Assembly (NCBI GenBank): GCA_963767925.1
Contig: CAVYGB010000002.1
Location: forward strand, 672,001 to 736,000
DNA: 64,000 nucleotides
Origin: an uncultured delta proteobacterium
GTDB taxonomy: Bacteria > Myxococcota_A > Polyangia > Fen-1088
Direction: 5' to 3'
Part shown: one piece after another, positions 10,822-21,162 of the stretch
How positions within the stretch are numbered: the first letter of the stretch is position 1
Layout: each line of letters begins with the position of its first letter
Program-made: the position numbers and the translations under genes
Notes under the pieces: generated by a model
The model's input: the letters and a program-made list of their open reading frames with translations, nothing else
Database searches by the model: none
Told to the model about the DNA's origin: nothing

Positions 10822-12569
10822 TGCAGCTTCTCCCCGTTTCCTGGTGTGCGATACCGGAACGAACGCGACCCCGCGACCGCGACGAGCAGGTCGGACACGG
10901 AGTCGCCCTTGGCGAAGGCCGCGCCGACCGCGTCGAGCGAGGCGGCGTCAGCCTCGGTGTCGGTGCGCTTGAAGGCGAAGCGCAGCCACTGCCGGGCGAA
11001 GCAGCTCGCCACGGTGGGGCTCCTGGCCAGCCCCTGGCTCAGCTCGCGCGCGTCGGCGAAGGCCAGCTTGCCCCCGTCCAGCTCGAGGACGCCGCTGGCG
11101 TCGACCGCCCCGCCGTTGTCGGTGGTGCGGTACTTGCCGATGCCGTCGTAGTGCTCGAAGGCGAAGCCGATCTTGTCCATGACCGCGTGGCAGGCGCCCG
11201 CGCAGGGGTTGGTGTCGTGCTCCTCGAACCGCTGGCGGGTGGTCCCGCCCGTCGAGGCCGGCTTGGCCGGCGGCACCACCGGGGGCGGCGGCGGCAGCTC
11301 GCCGCAGAGCAGCCGCTCGTACACGCGGCGGCCGCGCTTGACCGGGTGCGACCCGTCGGTGGCCCCGGTGACCGCGAGGAACCCGGCCCGCGTGAGCAGA
11401 CCGGCCCGCTGGCTGCCGTCGAGCATGGCCGGCTCGAGCGCCGTCCCCTGCACGTTGCGCAGCCCGTACAGCGTGGCCAGCGGCTTGTTGACGAACGAGC
11501 TGGTGGCGGTGAGGAGCGAGCCCAGGCTCTGGTCCCCCTCGAACACGACGCTGGCGATGAAGGTCCGCAGCTCCTCGGTCATGGCCGCCTTGAGGTCGTC
11601 CTTGAACTCCGGGTACAGCATCGGGTCCTTGGGCCGCTCGGAGATCTGGTCGAGGTTCAGCCACTCCTCGGCGAAGGCGGACACGGTGTCCCGCCCGCGC
11701 CGGTCGGCCAGCAGCCGCCGGGCCTGGGCCTCGATCTCGGCCTGGGTGCCGAGCTTGCTGGCCGCCGCCGCCTCGAACAGCGGCTGGTCGGGCATCGAGC
11801 CCCACATGAAGTAGGAGAGCCGCGAGGCCACCTCGTAGGGCCCCAGCTTGACCACCTTGCCCTCGACCTGGGGCGCGCCCGAGCCGAGCTCCCAGTGGTA
11901 GAGGAAGGGGGGCGCCTGCAGGATCGCCTCGACCAGCAGGCGGATGGCGCCGGCGTAGTTGAGGCCCAGGGTCGTACGCCCGGCCTGGTACAGCGCCATC
12001 AGGCGCTCGTTCTCGTCAGCCGCCAGCGGCCGGCGGTAGGCCCGCTGTCCGAAGGTCGCCACGAACCGGCTGGCGCAGGCGTCCTCCGCCAGGCCACCCG
12101 CGCAGGGGGCCAGCGTCGGCACCTTGGCCTCGACGCCGCCGGCGATGGTGGCCGCCGCGTCTTTCAGATCGTCGAGGTCCTGCACCGCCACCAGACCACC
12201 CCGACGAAACAGGAACTCCGACTCCCGGTCGGAGCCGAACGCGTTCGCCTGGTTGCTGGCGTCGCCGAGCAGGTCGCGAACCGTGTTGTTGTATTCGCGC
12301 CGGGACAGCCGCTGCAGCGGCATCGGCCCGGCGGCGTTCGGATCGGCCGGCGTGCCCGTCGAGGGCGCGCCCCCCGGCGGGACGATGACACCAGGGCCAG
12401 CGCCAGGTGCGCTGCCTCCGGGTCCCGGGGCGCCGGCGCCGGGTGGTTGACCACCAGGGCCGGAAGACCCGCCGGGCGTGGCCGCCCCGGGAGCGTCTCC
12501 GATCGATCCCTGACAGCCAGCTCCTGCAATCAGAACGAGAGCGGCAAAGGGTGAAAACTTCCTGACCAT
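10818..12569 (-). CDS. DUF1587/1595/1592/1588/1585 multi-domain lipoprotein
   Basis: Lipobox AGAGC; RLSRREYNNTVRDLLG, RAYRRP, ASRLSYF.W.SMPD, R.GLLT, CAGACH..D.IGF.FE.YD. Confidence 0.88.
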   Translation of the reverse strand: MVRKFSPFAALVLIAGAGCQGSIGDAPGAATPGGSSGPGGQPPGAGAPGPGGSAPGAGPGVIVPPGGAPSTGTPADPNAAGPMPLQRLSRREYNNTVRDLLGDASNQANAFGSDRESEFLFRRGGLVAVQDLDDLKDAAATIAGGVEAKVPTLAPCAGGLAEDACASRFVATFGQRAYRRPLAADENERLMALYQAGRTTLGLNYAGAIRLLVEAILQAPPFLYHWELGSGAPQVEGKVVKLGPYEVASRLSYFMWGSMPDQPLFEAAAASKLGTQAEIEAQARRLLADRRGRDTVSAFAEEWLNLDQISERPKDPMLYPEFKDDLKAAMTEELRTFIASVVFEGDQSLGSLLTATSSFVNKPLATLYGLRNVQGTALEPAMLDGSQRAGLLTRAGFLAVTGATDGSHPVKRGRRVYERLLCGELPPPPPVVPPAKPASTGGTTRQRFEEHDTNPCAGACHAVMDKIGFAFEHYDGIGKYRTTDNGGAVDASGVLELDGGKLAFADARELSQGLARSPTVASCFARQWLRFAFKRTDTEADAASLDAVGAAFAKGDSVSDLLVAVAGSRSFRYRTPGNGEKLQ

Positions 12570-12844
12570 GACGTGGTCCCCTTCTGTTTTTCACGGTGGG
12601 ACGGCAGCCTCGCGCCGCCGCTCCCACCGGACTTAAAAACGGTTCGACTCCGCTTGGCCCTACCTTGACTCCTGCTCCGACCTCACCCCTGTCCAGATCC
12701 GGTCATTCCGGCGTCCACAACATCGAGAATATTTTCAAAGACCCGTTCATTCTCTCCCCGGCCACATTGGGATCCGAGATCAATTCGCGCCCTCGTTCAC
12801 AAATGAGCCGCCGGTATTTTCGGTGGGCGAAAACAGCGCAGATC

Positions 12845-12929
12845 CATGCCGAATCCGCGTGTATCGACCAGCAATTCGCATTTTCCGCATGCCAAAACCG
12901 CGTTGCAAAACGAGCATGCCGAACCCGCG
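12845..12929. promoter_or_regulatory. Three 15-bp direct repeats CATGCC(G/A)AA(T/A/C)CCGCG upstream of the DUF1592 operon
   Basis: Copies at 12845, 12888 and 12915 in an AT-richer intergenic region. Confidence 0.6.
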
Positions 12930-13210
12930 CACCCTCTGCCGATTCGGCGCGCCCCCGATCTCACCCCTTCCCCCTCGGCCCGCTCGGCACCACTGGCCCT
13001 TCTCCCGGAGGCCCACCCACCCGATCCATCAGCAGGAGCGTGCTCATCGCCTATTCGACGACTATGCGATCGACCGAAAGTATCCGGAAATGGGCACCGT
13101 TCGATGGACACGCCGCGGCGTCGATGCTTTCTTGAGCGTCGTGGACGGCTGGCGCGAGGTCGTCCACGAGGGCTATCAGCTCTCATACGAAGGACCCGTT
13201 GAGTTCCTGA

Positions 13211-13716
13211 TCAGGCGCGGCGATGATCGGCGAGCACTTCGTCGATGATCCTACGAGCACGTGGCGCTTCGAGCGAGTCATCGATCCGGGCGGCCCATGT
13301 AATCAGCGCCTTCCAAAGCGCCCAGCCGCGACCGCGCGCCCACGTCGCGCGATCGAGTGGCAGCGCGGCTCGCAGGGCTTCACGGCTTTCGCCACCGAAG
13401 AGGGTCCAGGCGATCGCCAAGTCGCACGCCGGGTCGCCTATTCCGCAGCTGCCGAAGTCGATGACGGCACAGAGGCTACCCTTTTCGACCAACAGGTTGC
13501 CGACTGCGACATCGCCGTGGATCCAAACCGGAGCTCGACTCCAGGTGCTGGCTAGCGCTGTCTCCCACACGGCCGTTACCGCGTCGGTATCCAGCTCGTC
13601 GTCGAGCGCCTCAATTGCTTTCCGAGTTTGGCCATCGTAGGCGCCCAATTGGCAAATTGGGTACTGATCAAACGGCGTACCAAGGTGACGTCGATATCGA
13701 TTCGATCGGCAGACAT
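13211..13716 (-). pseudogene. Aminoglycoside phosphotransferase-family gene with internal deletion
   Basis: AGGAG plus MSADRIDIDVTLVRRLISTQFANWA (N-terminus) joined out of frame at about 13643 to the C-half with WIHGD...NLL and VIDFG...GDPACDL. Confidence 0.8.
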
Positions 13717-13862
13717 ATCGCTCCTGGTCAGCGCAAGGTGTCTCGGGCGCGCATTGTCGAAGTATCACCCGCTCCTCCGTGAACGCGAGCGTGTCCGCTG
13801 AGCACCCCGAACACCGTCATCCGTCCCCATTGTTGTAAGCGACTGAGCTGCCGCTTTAGCAG

Positions 13863-15322
13863 CAATGCCGGTCGGTTAAGGGTTGGCATGATCGGGGCGT
13901 TTTCGCGGGAATTTGCTCATCTTGATCTTCACGGCTCGAGGGTATCGACGTGATCGGCGCCGCTCTGAAAGTATCAAGCGCGTGAAGATGTCCCGCATGT
14001 TCTTCAGTCTGGCGGGCAAAGCGCCGGGCGAAGCTACCGCACACCAGGACCAGGTATCGCAGATGATCCGAAGGGCGGTGACGAAGCTGATGCGCGTGGG
14101 CTCGACGCCGAGCTCGGCCGCGGTACGCGCCATCTCGAGACGAACCAGGTTGTACGCGAGAAGGATGCCCCAGGTTTCCTGTTCCACGCCAGCTACAGTT
14201 CGGCTTCAGATGCTCTCCAGGCGGTCGAGCATCTCGGTCTTGATCTCGTCAAACCCGAGTTCCAGCTCCCAACGCTCATGATAGAGGCCAACGACCTCTT
14301 GGGTCGGGTACCTGTCGGAGTCGAGCATGGACGTCAGCAACGTCTGCGGCTGAAAGCCCTTCATTTGATAGCGGATCGCACGGGCCAGGTACGTCTTTGG
14401 CAAAGACGGATCGTAGCCCTTGGCCTGGGGAGACACGGTGAGCTCCACCAAATCCTCCTTCTTGGACAGGGAGCGCACGACCTTCCATTTCGTCGTGGAC
14501 TTCGCGCGGGTCAGCCAGTGTCGGTTCTGGCCATCACGCGCCAGCGGAATCAGGATACCGGCTGCAAGGAACCCGCGGTCGACGACCACCAAAGAGTCGT
14601 TCGGGACGGATCGCCACAATCCGGCGCTCAGCACGATCTCGCTGTCTCTGTACGGGCCAAATGCAGCCGCGGCGAGGATGTGCGAGCGGAGGGTCATTAG
14701 AGCTGCGACCCGAAGGAGCGGGTAGCCGCTGTCGCCTCTATCGCCGCTGGTTCCGCCGAAGTGCGCGCGATTCTCGGGCGAATCCGCCACGCGAAGGGTA
14801 GAGCCATCCACTCCGTAGACAGCAAGGCCGCGCCACGCCTGCTCGCGCGCGCTGGCATGCGCCCATTTCTCGGCGCTCATCTCGAAGATGCGCTCGAGGG
14901 GAGCTGCTCCGAGCTCCTGTCGTGCCTCGACCACGGAGCTGGGCGCGACCGAAGCCGTCGGCCCCGGCAAAACGAGGTCCAGCTTCCCTACCAGGTCGTG
15001 GATCGGGAACTTTCGGAACAGCGCCATTCCAATCACCAACCACACGACCTGCTCCGCCGGCAGCCGCCTCTTCCTCACAGTGGCCGTTCCCGTGGCCTCC
15101 AACGCAAGTGCGACCCAAGCGGGGTCGATGTGTTTGCGAACGTCCGCGAATTGCTCGGGAGACGTAAACGCGCTAACCGCTTTGAGAGAGTTTTCGAGGT
15201 GCATGGGCTGGTTCCAAGTGCACCGCCATAATGGAAAAACTCTGGAGTAACTTCTATTACTATTTTCTCCACAGGAAAACCGGATCAATTTCGATCACTT
15301 GGCCGCTAACCGACCGGCATTG
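13863..15322 (-). mobile_element. IS4-family insertion sequence (1460 bp)
   Basis: Terminal IRs CAATGCCGGTCGGTTAAG and GCTAACCGACCGGCATTG (16/18 match); imperfect flanking duplication CTTTAGCAG / CTCTTAGCAG; lower GC than flanks. Confidence 0.9.
13876..15204 (-). pseudogene. IS4 transposase with in-frame nonsense codon at 14206-14208
   Basis: RKRRLPAEQVVWLVIGM, VDGS, DRGF, Y..RWELE..F.EIK; reads ESI*SRTVAGVEQETWG in one frame (probably CGA>TGA). Confidence 0.88.
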
Positions 15323-15527
15323 CTCTTAGCAGAGCATGTGCTTCACGTCGCCGCCCGGCCCGTCGCAGGCCTGGGCATGGCAATGGGCCGTGGAACTCTA
15401 CGAGTGCGCCGGGATCAGCCGATCCTCCGTCGAGCTGGTAGGCTCTTCCGGGCAGAAGGGCGAAGACAGACGAGGGCAGAAGGGGGGGAGACCCGTGCCA
15501 ATCGAATCCGGAGCGGGACAAGGCCTG

Positions 15528-16007
15528 ATGAACGTCGTGCGACTCCAGGTCGGCGCCGGGCCGCGGCTCCGCGCCATCCGCCTCCGTGCGCTCGCCGAGG
15601 CTCCCCAGGCCTTCGAGAGCACCCTGGCAGAGGCCACTGCCCGCCCCCTCGAGAGCTGGGATCGCCAGCTCGATGCGATCGCCACCTTCGTCGCAACCGC
15701 CGGCGGCAACGACCTGAGGCTCGCGCGAGGTTGCCCCCACGAGCACCTCGGCGGCGCCGCCTCCTTGATCTCCATGTGGGTCGCACCCGAAGCCCGCCGC
15801 CAGGGCACCGGCGCCGCCCTCGTCGACGCCGTCATCGCCTGGGCCCGAGCCCAGGGGTACCGTCGCCTGCTCCTCGACGTGCGCGAGAAGAGCACACCGG
15901 CGATCGCGCTCTACACGCACAAGGGCTTCCTCCAGGAAGCTACGATCGCCCCGCCACCTCCGGCGGACGCTCGCATCTGCGAGATCCAGATGGCCCTGAC
16001 CCTCTGA
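15528..16007 (+). CDS. GNAT-family N-acetyltransferase
   Basis: LRAIRLRAL.EAP.AF.ST, SMWVAPEARRQGTG, A.ALY...GF. Confidence 0.82.
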   Translation: MNVVRLQVGAGPRLRAIRLRALAEAPQAFESTLAEATARPLESWDRQLDAIATFVATAGGNDLRLARGCPHEHLGGAASLISMWVAPEARRQGTGAALVDAVIAWARAQGYRRLLLDVREKSTPAIALYTHKGFLQEATIAPPPPADARICEIQMALTL

Positions 16008-16085
16008 AGGCCAGAAGGCCATCACGCTGCTTCGCCAACGCTGCGAAGGGATACCCAGGGGACGGGGAACAAGGGAGAATCGGGA

Positions 16086-16922
16086 ATGGCCGGGTCGAGC
16101 AAACCGCCACCGGCGGGTAACGAAGGGGCGAACGCGCTCGACAGGCCGCTCCTTTCCACGGATCTGGGCCCTCTGGTACGCACCAGGAACGACGTGACCC
16201 CGCACATGGTCGAGGACCACCCGGGGGGTGGCGCCGCGAGCTATTCGACCGTGCTCGTCGGAACGTTGTCGATCTACGCCACTGTCTTTGCGCTCGCCGG
16301 GGTCATTCCGGCGGTCTGGATCGCCATCAGCGCACCGGTTTGCGTGCTGTCGCTGTCCGCGCGCACGCTGCTCCGAAGGCTTCAGCTCCGGCGGCTCAGG
16401 CGGATAGCTCCCTGGCATCCAGGACAGCCCTCGTCCGCTTACCGCGCCCGGGTCGTGGGCCGGATCGAACCGGCGGCTTCAATCCTCGCCGCCACGGGAA
16501 GCCGAACGCCGTCCGTCTATTGCCGCGTCATCTATTACGAGGCCCGCTCGAACGGAAAACCAAGCCACGTCATGCGCGAGGACGTCCGCGGGGTCCCCTT
16601 TCACGTGCGACTCGAGACCGGTGAGGCGCTACGGATCGATCCCGCTGCCATCCACCTACTCGAGAGCCCGACCCGCCTCGAGCGAGAGGTCGACCCCCTC
16701 GTCCTCCGCGCCCTGGGCGCCGCCACCCGCGGCCGCGGCGCCCGCATGTACGAGACGACCCTCGCCCCCGGCGATCGCATCGAGGCCATCGGCCGGATAG
16801 TGCGCGAGGTCAGCCCCTCCGGCACCTCCGGCCCAGGCTGCGGCACCGCGATGGTGAGCACCCTGGAACCAGCCGACGGCGGCCGGATCCTGATCTGGCG
16901 CGCGCCCCCTCCAGCCAGATGA
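16086..16922 (+). CDS. Membrane protein with GIDE-like beta domain
   Basis: Two TM helices, then RVVGRI, VPF.V..ETG...ID, E..L.PGDRIE.IG; start uncertain. Confidence 0.5.
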   Translation: MAGSSKPPPAGNEGANALDRPLLSTDLGPLVRTRNDVTPHMVEDHPGGGAASYSTVLVGTLSIYATVFALAGVIPAVWIAISAPVCVLSLSARTLLRRLQLRRLRRIAPWHPGQPSSAYRARVVGRIEPAASILAATGSRTPSVYCRVIYYEARSNGKPSHVMREDVRGVPFHVRLETGEALRIDPAAIHLLESPTRLEREVDPLVLRALGAATRGRGARMYETTLAPGDRIEAIGRIVREVSPSGTSGPGCGTAMVSTLEPADGGRILIWRAPPPAR

Positions 16923-16981
16923 CCCCGGCGCGCGCGCCATCGCGATCGGCCACCAGGCCGGCTGCCTGATCAGGAGCGACG

Positions 16982-17200
16982 GTGCTCCTCGTCCATGAAA
17001 ATCCCCGGCGCTGGACCATCCAGGAACGGGTGGGCGTCGAGCGCGTGGTGATGGCCTTCGACTCGCACCCGGTGCTCCTGGGCGAGGGGGAGCAGAAGAG
17101 CGGGCTCCGCCTCGTGGTGGGCGGGGGCGCCCACCTGACCGGCACGATCGTGCAACACGGCGGTGGCCCCCTGCCCGTGCTGCAAGCTCGTGCGGTAGGA
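16982..17200 (+). pseudogene. Possible fragment of a carboxypeptidase-regulatory-like repeat protein
   Basis: LGEGEQKSGLRLVVGGGAHLTGTIVQHGGGPLP pattern; runs into the convergent gene end. Confidence 0.3.
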
Positions 17201-17208
17201 CTCACCCT

Positions 17209-18369
17209 TCACTTCGACGTCGCCCCACCGACCACGACCCGCATCCCCCTGGCCTCCAGCTCGCGGCGGAAGGGGGGCCAGGGGATCACCTCCTCCGGGG
17301 CGTGGACGCCGGGGTGGATGGGGAGCTCTTCGCCGAGGAGCTGGGCGGCGATGGAGGGGGGGGCGCCCGTGTCGATGTCGGGGCCGAGGCCGTGGCCGGC
17401 GGCGGCGTCGGCGTGGCAGTCGAAGACGATGGACTCGGGGGTGCGGGCGCCTTCGCGGGTGCCGACGACGCGGACGCGGAGGATCTCGTAGCGGTCGATG
17501 GGGCCGGCGGGGCGCGCTTCGGGCAGGCGGGCGAGGAGGGCCTTCAGGAGATCCCTTGGGGGGCGGTCGAAGCCGGGGGGGGCGGTCGTGTCGACGAGGC
17601 CCATCTGGACCAGGAGGCGCAAGCGGTCGGCGAAGGCGGCTTCGAAGCCCTGGCGGAAGGTGACCTCGCGGATGCCGCGGGGGCGGAAGAACTCGGGGAG
17701 GGTCGCCACCTCCGAGTGCAGGGTCGTGTCGAGCTCGATCTCGCCGACCGGGTCGGGGAAGCGCTCGCGGTGGCGCTCGGCGGGGTCGAGGGGCGGGACC
17801 ATCTGCAGCTGGCCCTCGCGGAAGACGGCCGAGGGCAAGGCGAACTCGTCGAGCAGGGTGTCGGGGGAGTAGCCGAAGGGCAGCAGGGGCGGGGTCTGCC
17901 AGCGGGTGCCGTCGTGGGCGCCCACCATGCAGTGGACCTCTTCCACGCGGGTCAGCTCGCGGGCGGCTTCGGCGGCCATCACGTTGAGGATGCCGGGGGC
18001 CGAGCCCATGCCGAGGATGGCCATGCGGCCGGCGTCGCGGAAGGCGGCGTGGCGCTCGCGCTGGCGGAGGGTGACGTGAAACAGGCCCCCCAGGTCGATG
18101 TAGTGCACGCGCGCGGCGAGGGCGGCGTCCATGGCCAGCAGGTTCATGCGGTAGGGCAACGAGGTGACGACGCAGTCGGCGCCCTTCAGCACGCGGGCAA
18201 GGCTGTCGGGGTCGGTGACGTCGACCGGCACCGTCTCGACGTCCAGGCCGGCCGCCGGCTCCAGCACGCGGTCGGCGATCACCGGGTGGGCCACTCCCGC
18301 CTGTTTCATGTCGCGGGCGATGATTCGCCCCATGGCGCCCGCTCCTCCGAGGATGATGATGCGCCTCAC
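17209..18369 (-). CDS. Saccharopine dehydrogenase-like NAD(P)-dependent oxidoreductase
   Basis: IIILGGAGAMG, HYIDLGG, ILGMGSAPG..N, HSE..TLP, TG.PPSI.AQ, PGV.APE. Confidence 0.85.
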   Translation of the reverse strand: MRRIIILGGAGAMGRIIARDMKQAGVAHPVIADRVLEPAAGLDVETVPVDVTDPDSLARVLKGADCVVTSLPYRMNLLAMDAALAARVHYIDLGGLFHVTLRQRERHAAFRDAGRMAILGMGSAPGILNVMAAEAARELTRVEEVHCMVGAHDGTRWQTPPLLPFGYSPDTLLDEFALPSAVFREGQLQMVPPLDPAERHRERFPDPVGEIELDTTLHSEVATLPEFFRPRGIREVTFRQGFEAAFADRLRLLVQMGLVDTTAPPGFDRPPRDLLKALLARLPEARPAGPIDRYEILRVRVVGTREGARTPESIVFDCHADAAAGHGLGPDIDTGAPPSIAAQLLGEELPIHPGVHAPEEVIPWPPFRRELEARGMRVVVGGATSK

Positions 18370-19655
18370 GTGGTGGCCAGCGCCGCCTCCAGCACGTCGA
18401 GCGCTTCGGCCAGCTCGGCGTCGGTCATCACCAGCGGCATCAGGGTGCGGATCACGTTGCCGTGCAGGCCGGCGGTCAGCACCAGCAGGCCGATGCGCGC
18501 CGCCTGATCGACGATGCGGCTGGCCCGCCCCGGCCCCTCCTCGTCGATCTCGAGGGCCATCATGGCCCCCAGGCCGCGCGTCTCCTTGATGAAGGCGAAC
18601 CGCTGGCGGAAGGCGGCGAAGCGCAGCGAGGTGGTGGCGCCCAGCACGCGCGCCCGCTCGACGAGGCCGTCCTCCTCGATGGTGGCGATGGCGGCCAGGG
18701 CGGCGGCGCAGGCGACCGGGTTGCCGCCGAAGGTGCCCCCCAGGCCGCCCATCGGCACGGCGTCCATGATCTTGGCCCGCCCCACCACGGCCCCCAGCGG
18801 GAAGCCGTTGGACATCGACTTGGCCAGCACGATCAGGTCCGGGTCCAGGTTCAGGTGCTCGCAGGCGAACATCTTGCCGGTGCGGCCGAACCCGGTCTGC
18901 ACCTCGTCGGCCACGAACAGCGTCCCCGCCTCCCGGCACAGCCGCCGCAGCTCGAGCACGAAGGCAGGCGGCGGCACGATGAAGCCGCCCTCGCCCAGCA
19001 CCGGCTCGACGACCGCGCAGGCCACCTGGGCCAGCGACACGTTGGCTTTCAAGAAGCGGTGGAGCTCGGCCAGGCTGCTCTCGCCCTGGCGGGGCACCGG
19101 GATGCGGTAGACCTCCGGGGCGAAGGGGCCAAAGCCGTCCTTGTAGGGCGCCGCCTTGCTGGTCATGGTGAGGGCCAGCAGGGTGCGGCCGTGAAAGCCC
19201 GGCTCGAGGGCCAGCACCGCCTGCCGCCCGGTGGCCCGGCGGGCGACCTTGACCGCGTTCTCGACCGCCTCGGCCCCCGAGTTGAACAGGGCCGCCTTGT
19301 GGGGGCCGGCGATGGGGACGATCGAGCACAGCTTGCGGGCCAGGGCGACGTAGGGCTCGTACGAGGCGGTCATGAAGCAGGTGTGCTGCAGCCGCTCGAG
19401 CTGGGCGCGCGCCGCCTCGACCACCCGGGGGGCGGAGTGGCCGGCGTTGAGACAGCCGATGCCCCCCGCCATGTCGAGGAACACGTTGCCGTCGACGTCG
19501 GTGAGGCGGGCCCCCTCGCCCCGGGCGAAGAAGATCCCGTGGCGCGGCTCGGTCACCCCCTTGCTGACCCAGTGCCGCCGCTCCTCGGTCAGCGAGCGCG
19601 ACAGGGGCCCGGGGATCTCGGTTTGCAGCTGGATCGCCGTGTTCTTGAGGCTCAC
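18366..19655 (-). CDS. gabT: 4-aminobutyrate/5-aminovalerate aminotransferase (class III)
   Basis: DVDGN.FLD.AGGIG, NSGAEAVENAVK, EPVLGEGG, DEVQTGFGRTG, AKS, GGTFGGNP. Confidence 0.9.
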   Translation of the reverse strand: MSLKNTAIQLQTEIPGPLSRSLTEERRHWVSKGVTEPRHGIFFARGEGARLTDVDGNVFLDMAGGIGCLNAGHSAPRVVEAARAQLERLQHTCFMTASYEPYVALARKLCSIVPIAGPHKAALFNSGAEAVENAVKVARRATGRQAVLALEPGFHGRTLLALTMTSKAAPYKDGFGPFAPEVYRIPVPRQGESSLAELHRFLKANVSLAQVACAVVEPVLGEGGFIVPPPAFVLELRRLCREAGTLFVADEVQTGFGRTGKMFACEHLNLDPDLIVLAKSMSNGFPLGAVVGRAKIMDAVPMGGLGGTFGGNPVACAAALAAIATIEEDGLVERARVLGATTSLRFAAFRQRFAFIKETRGLGAMMALEIDEEGPGRASRIVDQAARIGLLVLTAGLHGNVIRTLMPLVMTDAELAEALDVLEAALATT

Positions 19656-19656
19656 G

Positions 19657-21157
19657 TCAGTACCACCCGATCGGCTTTTCGCTGAGGTTGATGTGCACCT
19701 GCTTGGCCTCGAGGTAGCCCTCGACGCCGTAGCGGCCCAGCTCGCGCCCCTGGCCGCTCATCTTGTAGCCGCCCCAGGGCGCCTCGACGTAGGTCGGCTG
19801 CATGTGGTTGACCCAGATGATCCCGGCGCGCAGCTTCTTGACCACCCGGAAGGCGCGGAAGATGTCGCGCGTCCACACCGCCCCCGCCAGGCCGTAGGGC
19901 GTGTCGTTGGCGATGGCCAGGGCCTCGGCCTCGTCGGCGAAGGGGAGCACCGACACGACCGGGCCGAAGATCTCCTCGCGGGCGATCTTCATGCTGGGGG
20001 TGACGCCGTCGAAGATGGTCGGCTGCAGGTAGGCCCCGCCCGCCAGGTCGCCGGTCATCGCGGGGACGGCGCCGCCCAGCACCAGGCGGGCCCCCTCCTG
20101 GCGGCCGGCCTCGACGAAGCCGGCCACCCGCTCGCGGTGTTGCAGGGTGACCAGGGGGCCCATCTTGGTGGCCCGGTCGAGGGGATCGCCCAGCGTGATG
20201 GTGCGGGCCTTCGCCACCAGGGCCTCGACGAAGCGGGCGTGCAGCTTCTTCTCCACCAGGATGCGCGAGCCGGCCGAGCAGACCTCGCCCTGGTTGATGA
20301 ACACCCCGAACAGCGCCCCGTCGATGGCCGCCTCGAAGTCGGCGTCGGCGAAGAAGATGTTCGGGCGACTTGCCGCCCAGCTCGAGCGTCACGCGCTTGA
20401 GGTTGGAGTCGGCGGCGGCGTGCAGGATGCGCCGGCCGGTGGCGGTCGACCCGGTGAAGGCGATCTTGTCGACCGCGGGATCGCCGGCGAGGTGGGCGCC
20501 GGCGATCGGGCCGTCGCCGGTGATGACGTTGACCACGCCCCTGGGTAGGTCCTCGATGCCGTCGAGGATGCGGCACAGCTCGAGGGCGGTGACCGGGGTG
20601 GCCTCGGCCGGCTTGAGCACCACCGTGCAGCCCGCCGCCAGGGCGGGGGCGATCTTCCAGGCCGCCATCATGAGCGGGTAGTTCCAGGGGATGATCTGCC
20701 CGCACACCCCCACCGGCTCCTTGAGGGTGAGGCTGAGGGCCTCGTCGGGGACGGGGTTGACGTCGCCCTGGATCTTGGTGGCGAGCCCGCCGTAATACTC
20801 GAAGCAGGTGGCGGCGTCGGCGACGTCGAACTCCGACTCGACCAGGGGCTTGCCCACGTTGTCGGTCTCGAGGCGGGCCAGCTCCGCCGTGCGCTCGCGC
20901 AGCTTGCGCGCCACCTCCAGCAGCACCCGCCCGCGCGCCTGCGCGGTGGCCTGCGACCAGGGGCCGCTGTCGAAGGCGGCCCGCGCCGCCGCCACCGCCC
21001 GCCCGGTCTCCTCGGCGGTGGCCCGAGCGGCCTGGGCGATCACCTTGCCGTTGGCCGGGTTGACCACCGGCTGGCGGTCCGGGTCGGCGCCGGCCACGAA
21101 CTTGCCGTCGATGTAAAGGGGCAGCTTCTCCGCGGGGGTCTGGGGATTGCCGGGCAT
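19657..21157 (-). pseudogene. Aldehyde dehydrogenase (betaine/amino-aldehyde type) with a single +1 frameshift at about 20364 (possibly a sequencing error)
   Basis: PWNYP, FTGS and LELGGKSP in one frame; NIFFADAD..NQGEVCS, EEIFGP and GGYK.SG in the next. Confidence 0.85.
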
Positions 21158-21162
21158 CGCCG

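Noticed and set aside
12870..12929. Sigma54 -24/-12 promoters
   Set aside because: GG-to-GC spacing is 12 nt rather than the required 10
13000..13210. Plus-strand coding remnant (..LFDDYAIDRKYPEMGTVRW..)
   Set aside because: Protein-like but no family recognised and no clear start
14187..14210. Programmed frameshift in the IS4 transposase
   Set aside because: Both ORFs are in the same frame; it is a nonsense codon, and no slippery site is seen
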